Positions 9,598-17,961 of a stretch of DNA of 64,000 nt are shown piece after piece. The number at the start of each line of letters is the position of its first letter. The first letter of the stretch is position 1. The translations under genes and the position numbers were made by a program. Under the pieces are notes generated by a model. The model was not told where the DNA came from, searched no databases, and worked only from the letters and a program-made list of their open reading frames with translations. Origin of the DNA: Acutalibacteraceae bacterium (GTDB lineage Bacteria > Bacillota > Clostridia > Oscillospirales > Acutalibacteraceae). The stretch covers positions 2,825 through 66,824 of the forward strand of contig JBGVGM010000044.1 in assembly GCA_045121655.1 (NCBI GenBank), read 5' to 3'.

Positions 9598-9670
9598 CAG
9601 AATGCCAATATAGATTTTCCCATTTTTAAACATTTTATTAATAAATTTCACCTTTTTTTTAAATAAATCA

Positions 9671-9699
9671 TTGACAAATCCCATTCTATAGTATATACT
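9671..9699 (+). promoter_or_regulatory. Near-consensus sigma-70 promoter of the small ORF
   Basis: TTGACA (9671-9676), exactly 17 nt, TATACT (9694-9699). Confidence 0.6.
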
Positions 9700-9731
9700 A
9701 TAGATATATAAACGACAGGAGGCATGCAATA

Positions 9732-9842
9732 GTGGATTGGGCCAGAATGATAAGAGCATTAGTCGACTTTATTATGCAGATAGTAGCATATTTTAAAAAG
9801 AGCGACAATACAGAAGAACCCCCAACAGAAGAAGTAAACTGA
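9732..9842 (+). CDS. Candidate 36-aa small protein with an amphipathic/hydrophobic helix and an acidic tail
   Basis: Hand translation: GTG 9732 (AGGAGG at 9717-9722, 9-nt spacing) gives VDWARMIRALVDFIMQIVAYFKKSDNTEEPPTEEVN*, stop TGA 9840-9842. It has its own promoter and terminator. Not in the ORF track. An alternative start is the ATG at 9747. Confidence 0.4.
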   Translation: MDWARMIRALVDFIMQIVAYFKKSDNTEEPPTEEVN

Positions 9843-9863
9843 ATATACCAAACAAATATAATA

Positions 9864-9889
9864 CCTCAGCTTTTGGCTGAGGTTTTTTT
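9864..9889 (+). terminator. Rho-independent terminator of the small ORF
   Basis: CCTCAGC-TTTT-GGCTGAGG hairpin (9864-9882) followed by TTTTTTT. Confidence 0.8.
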
Positions 9890-9906
9890 ATTTACATAAA
9901 CACAAA

Positions 9907-9937
9907 AGAGCTGTCATGAAAAATCACATGACAGCTC
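9907..9937 (-). terminator. Terminator of the 671-aa secreted-protein gene
   Basis: AGAGCTGTCATG (9907-9918) pairs with CATGACAGCTCT (9926-9937). On the minus strand it is followed by CTTTTGTG, just past the stop at 9948. Confidence 0.7.
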
Positions 9938-9947
9938 TGAATTTATT

Positions 9948-11963
9948 TTATTTTGTATATGCAAGGAGATCGCCTAATGTAAGATACATATCATAGCAGC
10001 ATACATACTTAACACCGAAGAGTCTGTAAAGAAGGTTGAGAACTCTTACCCAGATTCCTCTGAAGAAGCTGTTATGACAGATACAGTTGCAACGGCTCTG
10101 ATGCTCTTCTGAGTAGCTGCCGTTAAGCTCAAGGTTCATGATGATGGGATCTTTTTTATCATACATAGCCTTGAATACTGACCATACAACGCCCTTTTCT
10201 GCAAAGTACTTTTCGTTAGGTGAAACAACTGTGATGTTGTACATTTCAGCCTTTGTAACTGTAAGGTCGCACTTCCAATCCTTTGTTACACCTGAAGCAA
10301 GAAGCTGGCCGTGCTCGTTTGTTACCTGAACAACAAGTCCGCTCTTGTAATCGTCGGGAGTAAGCTCGCCGTACTTATCAACGTCGAGATCAATCTTAAC
10401 AGTAAATGTACGGTCAATAACTCTCTGATAGTATGCAGGCTTAACCTTAACATTTCTGAGGTTCTCAGCATCTGTAGCATCAAATTTAACTCTGTTACCA
10501 TTGGCATCGATTTCGTTGATTCCTCTGCTGTCGATAACAAGGCAAAGAGCCTTACCGTTTGAGTTGATGATGTAGTCGCCATCACGTGTTACAGGGAAGA
10601 CATAAGTAAGAACTTCCTTATTGAAATAGCCGGGCTGATTATCATAATAATCATGAAGCTGTTCAACTTCAAGATTTTCGCCGCCTACTGTTTTGAAATA
10701 GTTGTCGTTTACATCCTTGAGGTAAATTGGGTCGTCATAGTCAACACTGCCCTTGGGTACTGTGAAGCTTTCAAGATAAGATCTCTGACCCTGAAGTGAT
10801 TCCCAATAGCCCTTATATTCATATACGTATGTATCGTCGGAGTAGTTACCGTAAGTAATGCCTTTTCCGTCAATACGTGCCTTTACGTTGTCACCGTAAG
10901 CCACTTCTACAACGCCCTGTGACTTGCCGTATGCATCAAGGAAATCAACTCTGTAGATTCTGGGTGTAGAACCGTGAACAGCCTTGATTGCATCACCTGA
11001 GAAAATAGGGATATGCTTGATGTGTGCTTCTTCTACAGGATAGAAGTTATACTGATCGCCTGCCGCTGTTTTTGTGCCGATTTCCCAGCCTTTAAAAACA
11101 AAGTCAACAGAAGTTTCTGAAGCTCTTTCAGGATAGCTGTAGGGATAGTCGATGCAACTACCGTGCTTGATATTCTGAGCTATAAGAACCTGTCTTCCGT
11201 CACTGTTGTAAACAATTGTCTTATAGCTTACGTCTACACCTTCCCATGCAGCATAGTACTTTGTGTTCGCAGTAACTTCTTTTACAGTGATCTTATAATT
11301 CTCATTTGAGCCTATAGTGGTAACTGAACCGGGAATAACACTTTCTGAACGGTAATCCTTAGTCCAGCCGATGAATCTGTATTCACCGTATTTAACATCC
11401 TTTGTTCTTACAGGCTTTTTGCCTACATATGTAATTGAACTGCCATGTTTTACATAGTTTGTCTGAAGACCTTCGTTCTTTGTTGTTTCAGCAAGAACTG
11501 TATAGTCAACCGGTACATTGTAGGTCTTTCCGTAGCTTTCAACCTGAACGGTTTCCAATCTCTTGTCAAGAGCATGGCCGTTGATAAACTCAACACTGTA
11601 ATATCTTACAGGATTCTCATCTCCACCCTCTGTAACATGAGCTTCTGTACAGCCTGCATTGGTACAGCTCTGAACATTCTTATAGAAATCATTGCCGTCA
11701 AGAGAGTCTACAAATACATAATCCTCGTGCTTCCATTCGTGACCTGTGGGATCAACATAATTGTCATATGTAAAGCTGTTACAACCTTCTCTTGTACAGG
11801 TATATACATCATAACCCCGAGTTGTACATGTTGCCTTAACTACCCCTGTTTTCTGGTATACGTGACCGAGGCCGAGTTCGTTACAGTTTGTTGCACTTAC
11901 GCTGAAAGCAGCCACGCACATAAGCATTATCACAGTAAGTACAAATAATAAGCGCTTTTTCAT
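9948..11963 (-). CDS. Secreted protein with an N-terminal Cys/His module, Listeria-Bacteroides (InlB B-type) repeats and a C-terminal CxCxCH amphipathic tail
   Basis: ORF track, 671 aa. Signal peptide MKKRLLFVLTVIMLMCVAAFSVSA. Repeats end in ..YRFIGW, ..FVFKGW, ..YEYKGYW. Tail is CNCICHNSFFRGIWVRVLNLLYRLFGVKYVCC. Confidence 0.8.
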   Translation of the reverse strand: MKKRLLFVLTVIMLMCVAAFSVSATNCNELGLGHVYQKTGVVKATCTTRGYDVYTCTREGCNSFTYDNYVDPTGHEWKHEDYVFVDSLDGNDFYKNVQSCTNAGCTEAHVTEGGDENPVRYYSVEFINGHALDKRLETVQVESYGKTYNVPVDYTVLAETTKNEGLQTNYVKHGSSITYVGKKPVRTKDVKYGEYRFIGWTKDYRSESVIPGSVTTIGSNENYKITVKEVTANTKYYAAWEGVDVSYKTIVYNSDGRQVLIAQNIKHGSCIDYPYSYPERASETSVDFVFKGWEIGTKTAAGDQYNFYPVEEAHIKHIPIFSGDAIKAVHGSTPRIYRVDFLDAYGKSQGVVEVAYGDNVKARIDGKGITYGNYSDDTYVYEYKGYWESLQGQRSYLESFTVPKGSVDYDDPIYLKDVNDNYFKTVGGENLEVEQLHDYYDNQPGYFNKEVLTYVFPVTRDGDYIINSNGKALCLVIDSRGINEIDANGNRVKFDATDAENLRNVKVKPAYYQRVIDRTFTVKIDLDVDKYGELTPDDYKSGLVVQVTNEHGQLLASGVTKDWKCDLTVTKAEMYNITVVSPNEKYFAEKGVVWSVFKAMYDKKDPIIMNLELNGSYSEEHQSRCNCICHNSFFRGIWVRVLNLLYRLFGVKYVCCYDMYLTLGDLLAYTK

Positions 11964-12117
11964 AAGCTTACCTCCTTGGATTTAACGTCACTGATATATA
12001 ATATTATATATTATTTTACAATGAACCCATTATCAGTATTAGTTTATATTTTTTTTCAAAAAATGTCAATGCTCTTTTCTCATAATAATGAAAAAATCAC
12101 GTAAATTTCATAAAAAT

Positions 12118-12780
12118 TTACAAAGCGCGTATGCTTCTTACAAAAAATCCTCCATCGGTATTTTTTCCGAGGGTGATTTCCATAAGCTTGCTGTGTTCGG
12201 GTTCAGTTATATTCCCTTCGTTGTCACGTGTCCAGTCGGTGGTTGCAAGATAGCCCACCTGAAGTATTACGGAGCTTTCCCTTTCCTTTGCCTCAAGCAC
12301 CTTCGGGATATATATGGGGGTGATTCCCGTAATGGGAATGATGTAGCCTTTTTTGCTTTCGCTGTATCTGAATTCGATACCCTCACCACCGTCAACAGTG
12401 CTATGCTTATATTTTACATCCGGACCGAAAATAAGCTCGAACTCTTTTTCAACATCCTTTTGCGGAATGAAGATTCCCGAATCCACGTATTCGTAATTGT
12501 CAGGCTCGGAATTCTTTTCAATAAGCGACCACACGGATATGCTTATGAGCTGGTCCTTATTTGCCTGAGAAATATCGTCGAAGGTGTCCGGGTCATTCAT
12601 TACAACAACCGAAAGAAATTTCTCATATACGCTGAATTTTTCTCTGTTTCTTTCGTCATTCATTTCTGAAACCTCAGAAAAAAGAGATGTGATCAGGCTG
12701 AACGCTCCCACAAAGGCGAAGAGTATTACAACAAGACCTACTGCCGTTTTAGGCGCTGAACGCTTTCTTTTTTCGTTCAT
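12118..12780 (-). CDS. Membrane-anchored protein of unknown function
   Basis: ORF track, 220 aa. N-terminal TM (VGLVVILFAFVGAFSLITSLF). Starts 4 nt after the proA stop. The + ORF 12088..12669 is an antisense artefact. Confidence 0.7.
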   Translation of the reverse strand: MNEKRKRSAPKTAVGLVVILFAFVGAFSLITSLFSEVSEMNDERNREKFSVYEKFLSVVVMNDPDTFDDISQANKDQLISISVWSLIEKNSEPDNYEYVDSGIFIPQKDVEKEFELIFGPDVKYKHSTVDGGEGIEFRYSESKKGYIIPITGITPIYIPKVLEAKERESSVILQVGYLATTDWTRDNEGNITEPEHSKLMEITLGKNTDGGFFVRSIRAL

Positions 12781-12784
12781 AATC

Positions 12785-14023
12785 TTATCTCACCTGTCCG
12801 TTACCGTATACGGTATATTTAAAGGTTGTAAGCTCAGGAAGTCCTAAGGGGCCTCTGGCGTGAAGCTTCTGGGTTGAAATACCGATTTCTGCACCGAAGC
12901 CGAACTCACCGCCGTCGGTGAATCTTGTTGAAGCATTCACATAAACTGCAGCTGCGTCAACCTCTGAGGTAAATTTTCTTGAGGCGGTGTAGCTTTCTGT
13001 TATGATGCACTCGCTGTGACCCGTTGAGTACTTCATAATATGACTGATTGCTTCGTCAATATTGCTTACAGTTTTTACGCTGATTTCATAGTCGAGATAT
13101 TCTTTTCCGTAATCCTCTTCAGTGGCAGGAATACAGTCGGGGTTCAGACTGCAAACCTTTTCGTCACCGTGCCATTTTACGTTTTTGCTGTCCAGCTTTT
13201 CCTTTAAAAGAGGAATAATTTTTTCCGCAATTTCTTCGTGAATTACAAGGCTTTCGCAGGCGTTACATACAGACACTCTTGAGGTTTTGGCATTGAAAAC
13301 AATATCTGATGCCATAGTCAGATCGGCATCTTTATCAATGTAGATATGGCAGTTGCCTGTTCCTGTTTCAATTACGGGTACGGTTGAGTTTTCAACGCAG
13401 GCTCTGATCAAGCCTGCACCGCCTCGTGGAATAAGCACGTCAACATAGCCGTTCATTTTCATAAGAGCCAGAGAGCTTTCTCTGCTTGTATCTTCAACAA
13501 GCTGAATACAGTTTTCGGGAAGCCCCGCCTTGGCAATTGCCTCTCTCATAACCTTTGCTGTAGCCTTGTTGGAGTTTATCGCTTCTTTACCGCCGCGGAG
13601 AATTACGCTGTTGCCCGACTTGAGGCAAAGTGCCGCCGCATCAACGGTAACATTGGGACGAGCCTCAAAGATTACGGCAATTACGCCCATGGGAACAGTA
13701 ATTTTTTCTATAACAAGACCATTGGGTCTTTCAGTGCCGCTTACCACCTTACCGCAGGGGTCATCGTAGGAGACAATCTGCGTAACCGCCTTACTTATAT
13801 CCTCGATTCTTCCCTTTGTGAGAGTCAGACGGTCAATCATACTTTCGCTCATACCGTTTGCTCTTGCTGTTTCTATGTCTTTGTTGTTCTGTTCAATTAT
13901 GTAATCACAATTACGGATAAGTGCATCTGAAATATTTCTGAGCGCCTGATTTTTTACACCGGTTGAAGCGGTCATGAGCACTCTTTCAGCTTGTTTTGCG
14001 TTTTCGCCTAAAAACTTAAGCAT
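12785..14023 (-). CDS. proA: Gamma-glutamyl phosphate reductase
   Basis: ORF track, 412 aa. Aldehyde-dehydrogenase-type ProA sequence (VIFEARPNVTVDAA, STRFTDGGEFG, KLHARGP). Directly follows proB. Confidence 0.95.
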   Translation of the reverse strand: MLKFLGENAKQAERVLMTASTGVKNQALRNISDALIRNCDYIIEQNNKDIETARANGMSESMIDRLTLTKGRIEDISKAVTQIVSYDDPCGKVVSGTERPNGLVIEKITVPMGVIAVIFEARPNVTVDAAALCLKSGNSVILRGGKEAINSNKATAKVMREAIAKAGLPENCIQLVEDTSRESSLALMKMNGYVDVLIPRGGAGLIRACVENSTVPVIETGTGNCHIYIDKDADLTMASDIVFNAKTSRVSVCNACESLVIHEEIAEKIIPLLKEKLDSKNVKWHGDEKVCSLNPDCIPATEEDYGKEYLDYEISVKTVSNIDEAISHIMKYSTGHSECIITESYTASRKFTSEVDAAAVYVNASTRFTDGGEFGFGAEIGISTQKLHARGPLGLPELTTFKYTVYGNGQVR

Positions 14024-14026
14024 TTC

Positions 14027-14818
14027 TTACGCCTCCTTGCAAAGAAAAATCGTTCCTATACTGTGTCCGTCAATAAGCTTGTAAATATCCTGCGGTGCTT
14101 CACCGTTCATTATAACCGTGGGGATATTTGCACCTGTTGCAATTTCTGCGGCGTGGATTTTTGTAACCATTCCGCCTGTGCCTCTGTCTGTACCTGCCGC
14201 ACCGCAAAGGCTTCTGATTTCGTCATTTATTTCCCTTATAACGGGAATGAGCCTTGCATCGGGGTTTTCGTTGGGGTTATCGTCAAAAAGTCCGTCAATA
14301 TCCGAAAGAATAATCAGTGCGTCGGCGTGAATGAGCTTTGCAACAATTGCGGAAAGGCTGTCGTTGTCGCCGTAGACAATCTCTTCTGTTGCAACGCTGT
14401 CGTTTTCGTTGATAATGGGTACAGCACCGTATTCAAAAAGCTTTTCAAAGGTATTCTCGAGATTTACTCTTCTCTTACCGTTTTCAATGTCGCTTTTTGT
14501 AATGAGAAGCTGACCTGTTTTTACACCGTGTTCGCCGAAGTATTTGTCATACATAAACATAAGCTCGCACTGTCCAACAGTAGCTGCAGCCTGTCTGCCG
14601 GGAATATCCTTGGGTCTTTCTTTAAGGCCAAGCTTACCTACACCCACACCGATTGCACCTGAGGTTACAAGTACAACCTCTCTGCCTGAATTGTGTAAAT
14701 CTGCAAGCACACTGCAGAGCTTTACCATTCTTCTGATATTGATTTTTCCTGTGTCATAGGTAAGAGTTGATGTACCTACCTTGATTACGATTCTTTTTGC
14801 GCCCTGAATTTCCTTCAT
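14027..14818 (-). CDS. proB: Glutamate 5-kinase (short form without PUA domain)
   Basis: ORF track, 263 aa. Motifs RIVIKVGTSTLT, VLVTSGAIGVG, INENDSVATEE, GTGGMVTK. Confidence 0.95.
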   Translation of the reverse strand: MKEIQGAKRIVIKVGTSTLTYDTGKINIRRMVKLCSVLADLHNSGREVVLVTSGAIGVGVGKLGLKERPKDIPGRQAAATVGQCELMFMYDKYFGEHGVKTGQLLITKSDIENGKRRVNLENTFEKLFEYGAVPIINENDSVATEEIVYGDNDSLSAIVAKLIHADALIILSDIDGLFDDNPNENPDARLIPVIREINDEIRSLCGAAGTDRGTGGMVTKIHAAEIATGANIPTVIMNGEAPQDIYKLIDGHSIGTIFLCKEA

Positions 14819-14825
14819 TTTTTTG

Positions 14826-16085
14826 TTACCTCTTTACTTTGCCTAGTATTCTTTTATATTCATCCTCTGTTTTTACTCTGCCTACAGCAGTAAAAGACAT
14901 TTCCGAAAGCTTTAAATATTTATCTGCCGCTATTTTAACATCTGACAGAGTAACCTTTTTAATTTTTTGGATTATTTCATCATCTTCTGCAAATCTGTCA
15001 GTGAAAAGAAGACTGTATCCCATGGCAGAGAGCTTGCTCTGAGGCTGTTCCCTTGACATAATAAGGCTTGAAATCAGCTTTTCCTTTGCTATTTCAACCT
15101 GACGTTCACTTACAGACGATGAAAAATTTCTTATAATTTCAAGAGTTTCCGTCAGCGCCATTTCTTCGCTTTGTGCACCGAGGCTCATGGAAACCGTAAT
15201 ATAACCGCCGCCGAGATACCTTGCAAGCCACGAATCAATGCTGTAAACAAGTCCCAGCTGTTCACGTATTCTCTGATTGAGCATCGACGATGTACCTGTC
15301 CCAAGAATGAACATACACACCTGAAGCGTATATAAATCCTCGTGTTCAATTGGAATACCCTTAAAAGAAAGAGTTATATGAGTCTGCTCCGTATCCATCT
15401 TTTTAAGAGTCATAACTCTTCTGAATGGTACTTCGTACCCGGAAACGGGGTTTCCGGTGCTTTTAAGGGAGCCGAAATACTCCTCAATTTTTCTGAGCAT
15501 TTCTTCCTTTTCAAAGTTGCCGTTTACGCCGATGACAATTCTTTCGGGTACATAATGCTTTTCCATATACTCTTTAAAGTCACAGGCTCTGAAAGAACTG
15601 ACAGTTTCTCTTGTGCCGAGAATATCCATCTGAAGAGTTGTACCCTCAAAAATTCTTCTTTCGTTCAGCTCACTGCACACGTCGGCAGGGTCGTCCTCAC
15701 ACATAGCAATTTCTTCGGTTATTACTCCCTTTTCCGTTTCAATGTCCTCTTCAAAAAGTCTCGGGTTTCTTATCATATCAAAGAGAATATCTGCCGCCTT
15801 GAGAATCTGATAATCCAGAGCCTTCGTATAGAAAAAGGTGTACTCCTTTGTAGTGTACGCATTGACATAAGCACCGATTTCGTCCATTCCCTCAGCAATT
15901 TCAAAGCCGCTTCTTTTTTCTGAGCCCTTGAAAACAATATGTTCAATGAAATGGGATATTCCGCTGTTTTTCTCCTCTTCAAACCTTGAGCCGCTTGCAA
16001 TCCAGATTCCTACTGTCGCAGAGCGCAGAGTGTCGGTTTTGTTGAGAAAGATTCTGAGTGAGTTAGGGAGAGTAATAAGCTCCAT
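14826..16085 (-). CDS. M16 (pitrilysin/insulinase) family zinc peptidase
   Basis: ORF track, 419 aa. HxxEH motif (GISHFIEHIVFKGS). Length is typical of the M16B family. Confidence 0.85.
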   Translation of the reverse strand: MELITLPNSLRIFLNKTDTLRSATVGIWIASGSRFEEEKNSGISHFIEHIVFKGSEKRSGFEIAEGMDEIGAYVNAYTTKEYTFFYTKALDYQILKAADILFDMIRNPRLFEEDIETEKGVITEEIAMCEDDPADVCSELNERRIFEGTTLQMDILGTRETVSSFRACDFKEYMEKHYVPERIVIGVNGNFEKEEMLRKIEEYFGSLKSTGNPVSGYEVPFRRVMTLKKMDTEQTHITLSFKGIPIEHEDLYTLQVCMFILGTGTSSMLNQRIREQLGLVYSIDSWLARYLGGGYITVSMSLGAQSEEMALTETLEIIRNFSSSVSERQVEIAKEKLISSLIMSREQPQSKLSAMGYSLLFTDRFAEDDEIIQKIKKVTLSDVKIAADKYLKLSEMSFTAVGRVKTEDEYKRILGKVKR

Positions 16086-16113
16086 TGTGTTTCCTTTCGT
16101 AAGGTATTATGCC

Positions 16114-17961
16114 TTATTGTTCGTTGCTGAACTGAGAGTTATATAAATTAGCATAGAAGCCGTTCTTCTGAAGAAGCTCCTTGTGTCTGCCTGTTTCAAC
16201 TATTTTGCCCTCATTCATAACAATTATGTTATCCGCACCTACAATGGTTGAAAGTCTGTGGGCAATTACAAAGTTGGTTCTGCCCTTCATAAGGTTGTTC
16301 ATAGCTTCCTGAATCTGAAGCTCCGTTCTTGTATCAACTGATGAGGTAGCTTCGTCGAGAATGAGAATCTGCGGGTCGGAAAGAATAGCTCTTGCAATAG
16401 TAATAAGCTGCTTCTGACCTGCTGAAAGGTTTGCTCCGTCCTCCTCGAGAACTGTGTCGTAGCCGTCTGAGAAGGTGTTTACAAAGGAATCAACCCTAGC
16501 AGCTCTGACTGCGTTCATAAAGTCTTCCTCGGTAGCCTTTTCGTTGGAATACATAATATTATCCCTGATTGTACCTGCGAAAAGCCACGTATCCTGGAGA
16601 ACCATAGAAATAAGATTGCGGAGATTTTTTCTTGAAATTGCTCTTATATCGGTGCCGTCAATTTTAATTGCACCCTTATCAATATCATAAAAGCGCATAA
16701 GCAGGTTTACAATTGTGGTTTTACCCGCACCGGTTGGGCCTACAATTGCAGTAAGCTGACCTTTTTTGACCTCTAAGTTAAAGTTTTCAATAAGAGGCTT
16801 TTCGGGAAGGTATGAGAAGCATACATTTTCAAAGGATATATCCTCGCCCTTTGAAAGCTCTTTTTCAATCATTTCTACGCTCTCTTCTTTCTCCGAAAGC
16901 ACATTGAACACACGCTCTGCACTTGCAAGAGAGGACTGCATATTATTGGCAATATTTGAAAGGTCGATAATGGGCTGCATAAGCAGCTTTGTGTACATCA
17001 TAAAGGTGGTAATTGCACCAACGCTCTGCTTACCGGTCAATATGAGATAACCGCCGAGAACGCAGATTACAACATAGCCTGCGTTGTTTGCAAAGTTAAT
17101 AAGGGGACCGAGAATACCCGAATAGAACTGGGCATTTTTAGCTGAGGTTGAAAGGGCCTCGTTAATAAGGTCGAATTCCTCAGTCGCTCTTTTTTCGTAG
17201 CTGAATGCCTTTACAATTGCGTGGCCTGTGAACATCTCTTCTATATGGCCGTTGATGTCACCCGTTGTTTTCCACTGCTTACGGAACCAGCCCTTGGAAA
17301 TGTTGAGAATTGTAAGGGCAATAATAAGACAAATGGGGAAGGGTGAAAGGCTTGTAAGAGAAAGCATTACGCTGTTTCTCATCATGATTACGAAAACACC
17401 CACAAAGGTTACCACAGATGTAATAATCTGAATCATATTGTGCTGAAGTGTGTCGTTAACGTTGTCGATATCGTTGGTCATACGGCTGAGGATGTCGCCT
17501 TTTGTGTGGCTGTCAAAATATGAAAGGGGCAGCTTTGACAGCTTGAGGTTAAGATTTCTTCTCAGCTTTGTAATAAGATTCTGCACAACTCCCGCCATTA
17601 TATAGTGCTGGAAAAAGCTTAAAAGTGAGCTTCCTGCATATACAAGCAGAATTGTAAGAAGTATATCCTCAATGGGCTTGAAATCCATAACACCCGTGTT
17701 GATTTTGCTTTCAATCTGAAGGGCGAGCACGTCAATAACCTTACCGAGATAATCGGGGCCGAGGATGCTGAGATATGAGCTTACGCAGGCGCAGATTACA
17801 GTGAAAATTACTGCTGTTACCCTGCCTTTGAGAAGTCCGAAAAGCTTACCTGCACTTTTCATAAAGTTTTCGGGCTTGTCACGCATAGAAGCCTGACCTC
17901 TGTATGCAGCGTATTTATCCTTATATTCGGGAAGAGCGTTCTTGTTTTTTCTTTTCATCAC
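16114..17961 (-). CDS. ABC transporter, fused permease/ATPase (exporter type), subunit 2
   Basis: ORF track, 615 aa. Six-TM domain, Walker A GPTGAGKTT, signature LSAGQKQ, Walker B ILILDEATS. Confidence 0.9.
   Translation of the reverse strand: MMKRKNKNALPEYKDKYAAYRGQASMRDKPENFMKSAGKLFGLLKGRVTAVIFTVICACVSSYLSILGPDYLGKVIDVLALQIESKINTGVMDFKPIEDILLTILLVYAGSSLLSFFQHYIMAGVVQNLITKLRRNLNLKLSKLPLSYFDSHTKGDILSRMTNDIDNVNDTLQHNMIQIITSVVTFVGVFVIMMRNSVMLSLTSLSPFPICLIIALTILNISKGWFRKQWKTTGDINGHIEEMFTGHAIVKAFSYEKRATEEFDLINEALSTSAKNAQFYSGILGPLINFANNAGYVVICVLGGYLILTGKQSVGAITTFMMYTKLLMQPIIDLSNIANNMQSSLASAERVFNVLSEKEESVEMIEKELSKGEDISFENVCFSYLPEKPLIENFNLEVKKGQLTAIVGPTGAGKTTIVNLLMRFYDIDKGAIKIDGTDIRAISRKNLRNLISMVLQDTWLFAGTIRDNIMYSNEKATEEDFMNAVRAARVDSFVNTFSDGYDTVLEEDGANLSAGQKQLITIARAILSDPQILILDEATSSVDTRTELQIQEAMNNLMKGRTNFVIAHRLSTIVGADNIIVMNEGKIVETGRHKELLQKNGFYANLYNSQFSNEQ

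Noticed and set aside
12088-12669. Long ORFs in the track that lie antisense to well-supported genes. Examples: 248-589, 1696-2106, 12088-12669, 14063-14662, 15342-15923, 33905-34375, 38742-39164, 24829-25263 and 23308-23730.
   Set aside because: Each is fully embedded opposite a conserved, recognisable gene. Each lacks an RBS and has the biased composition typical of antisense shadow frames.
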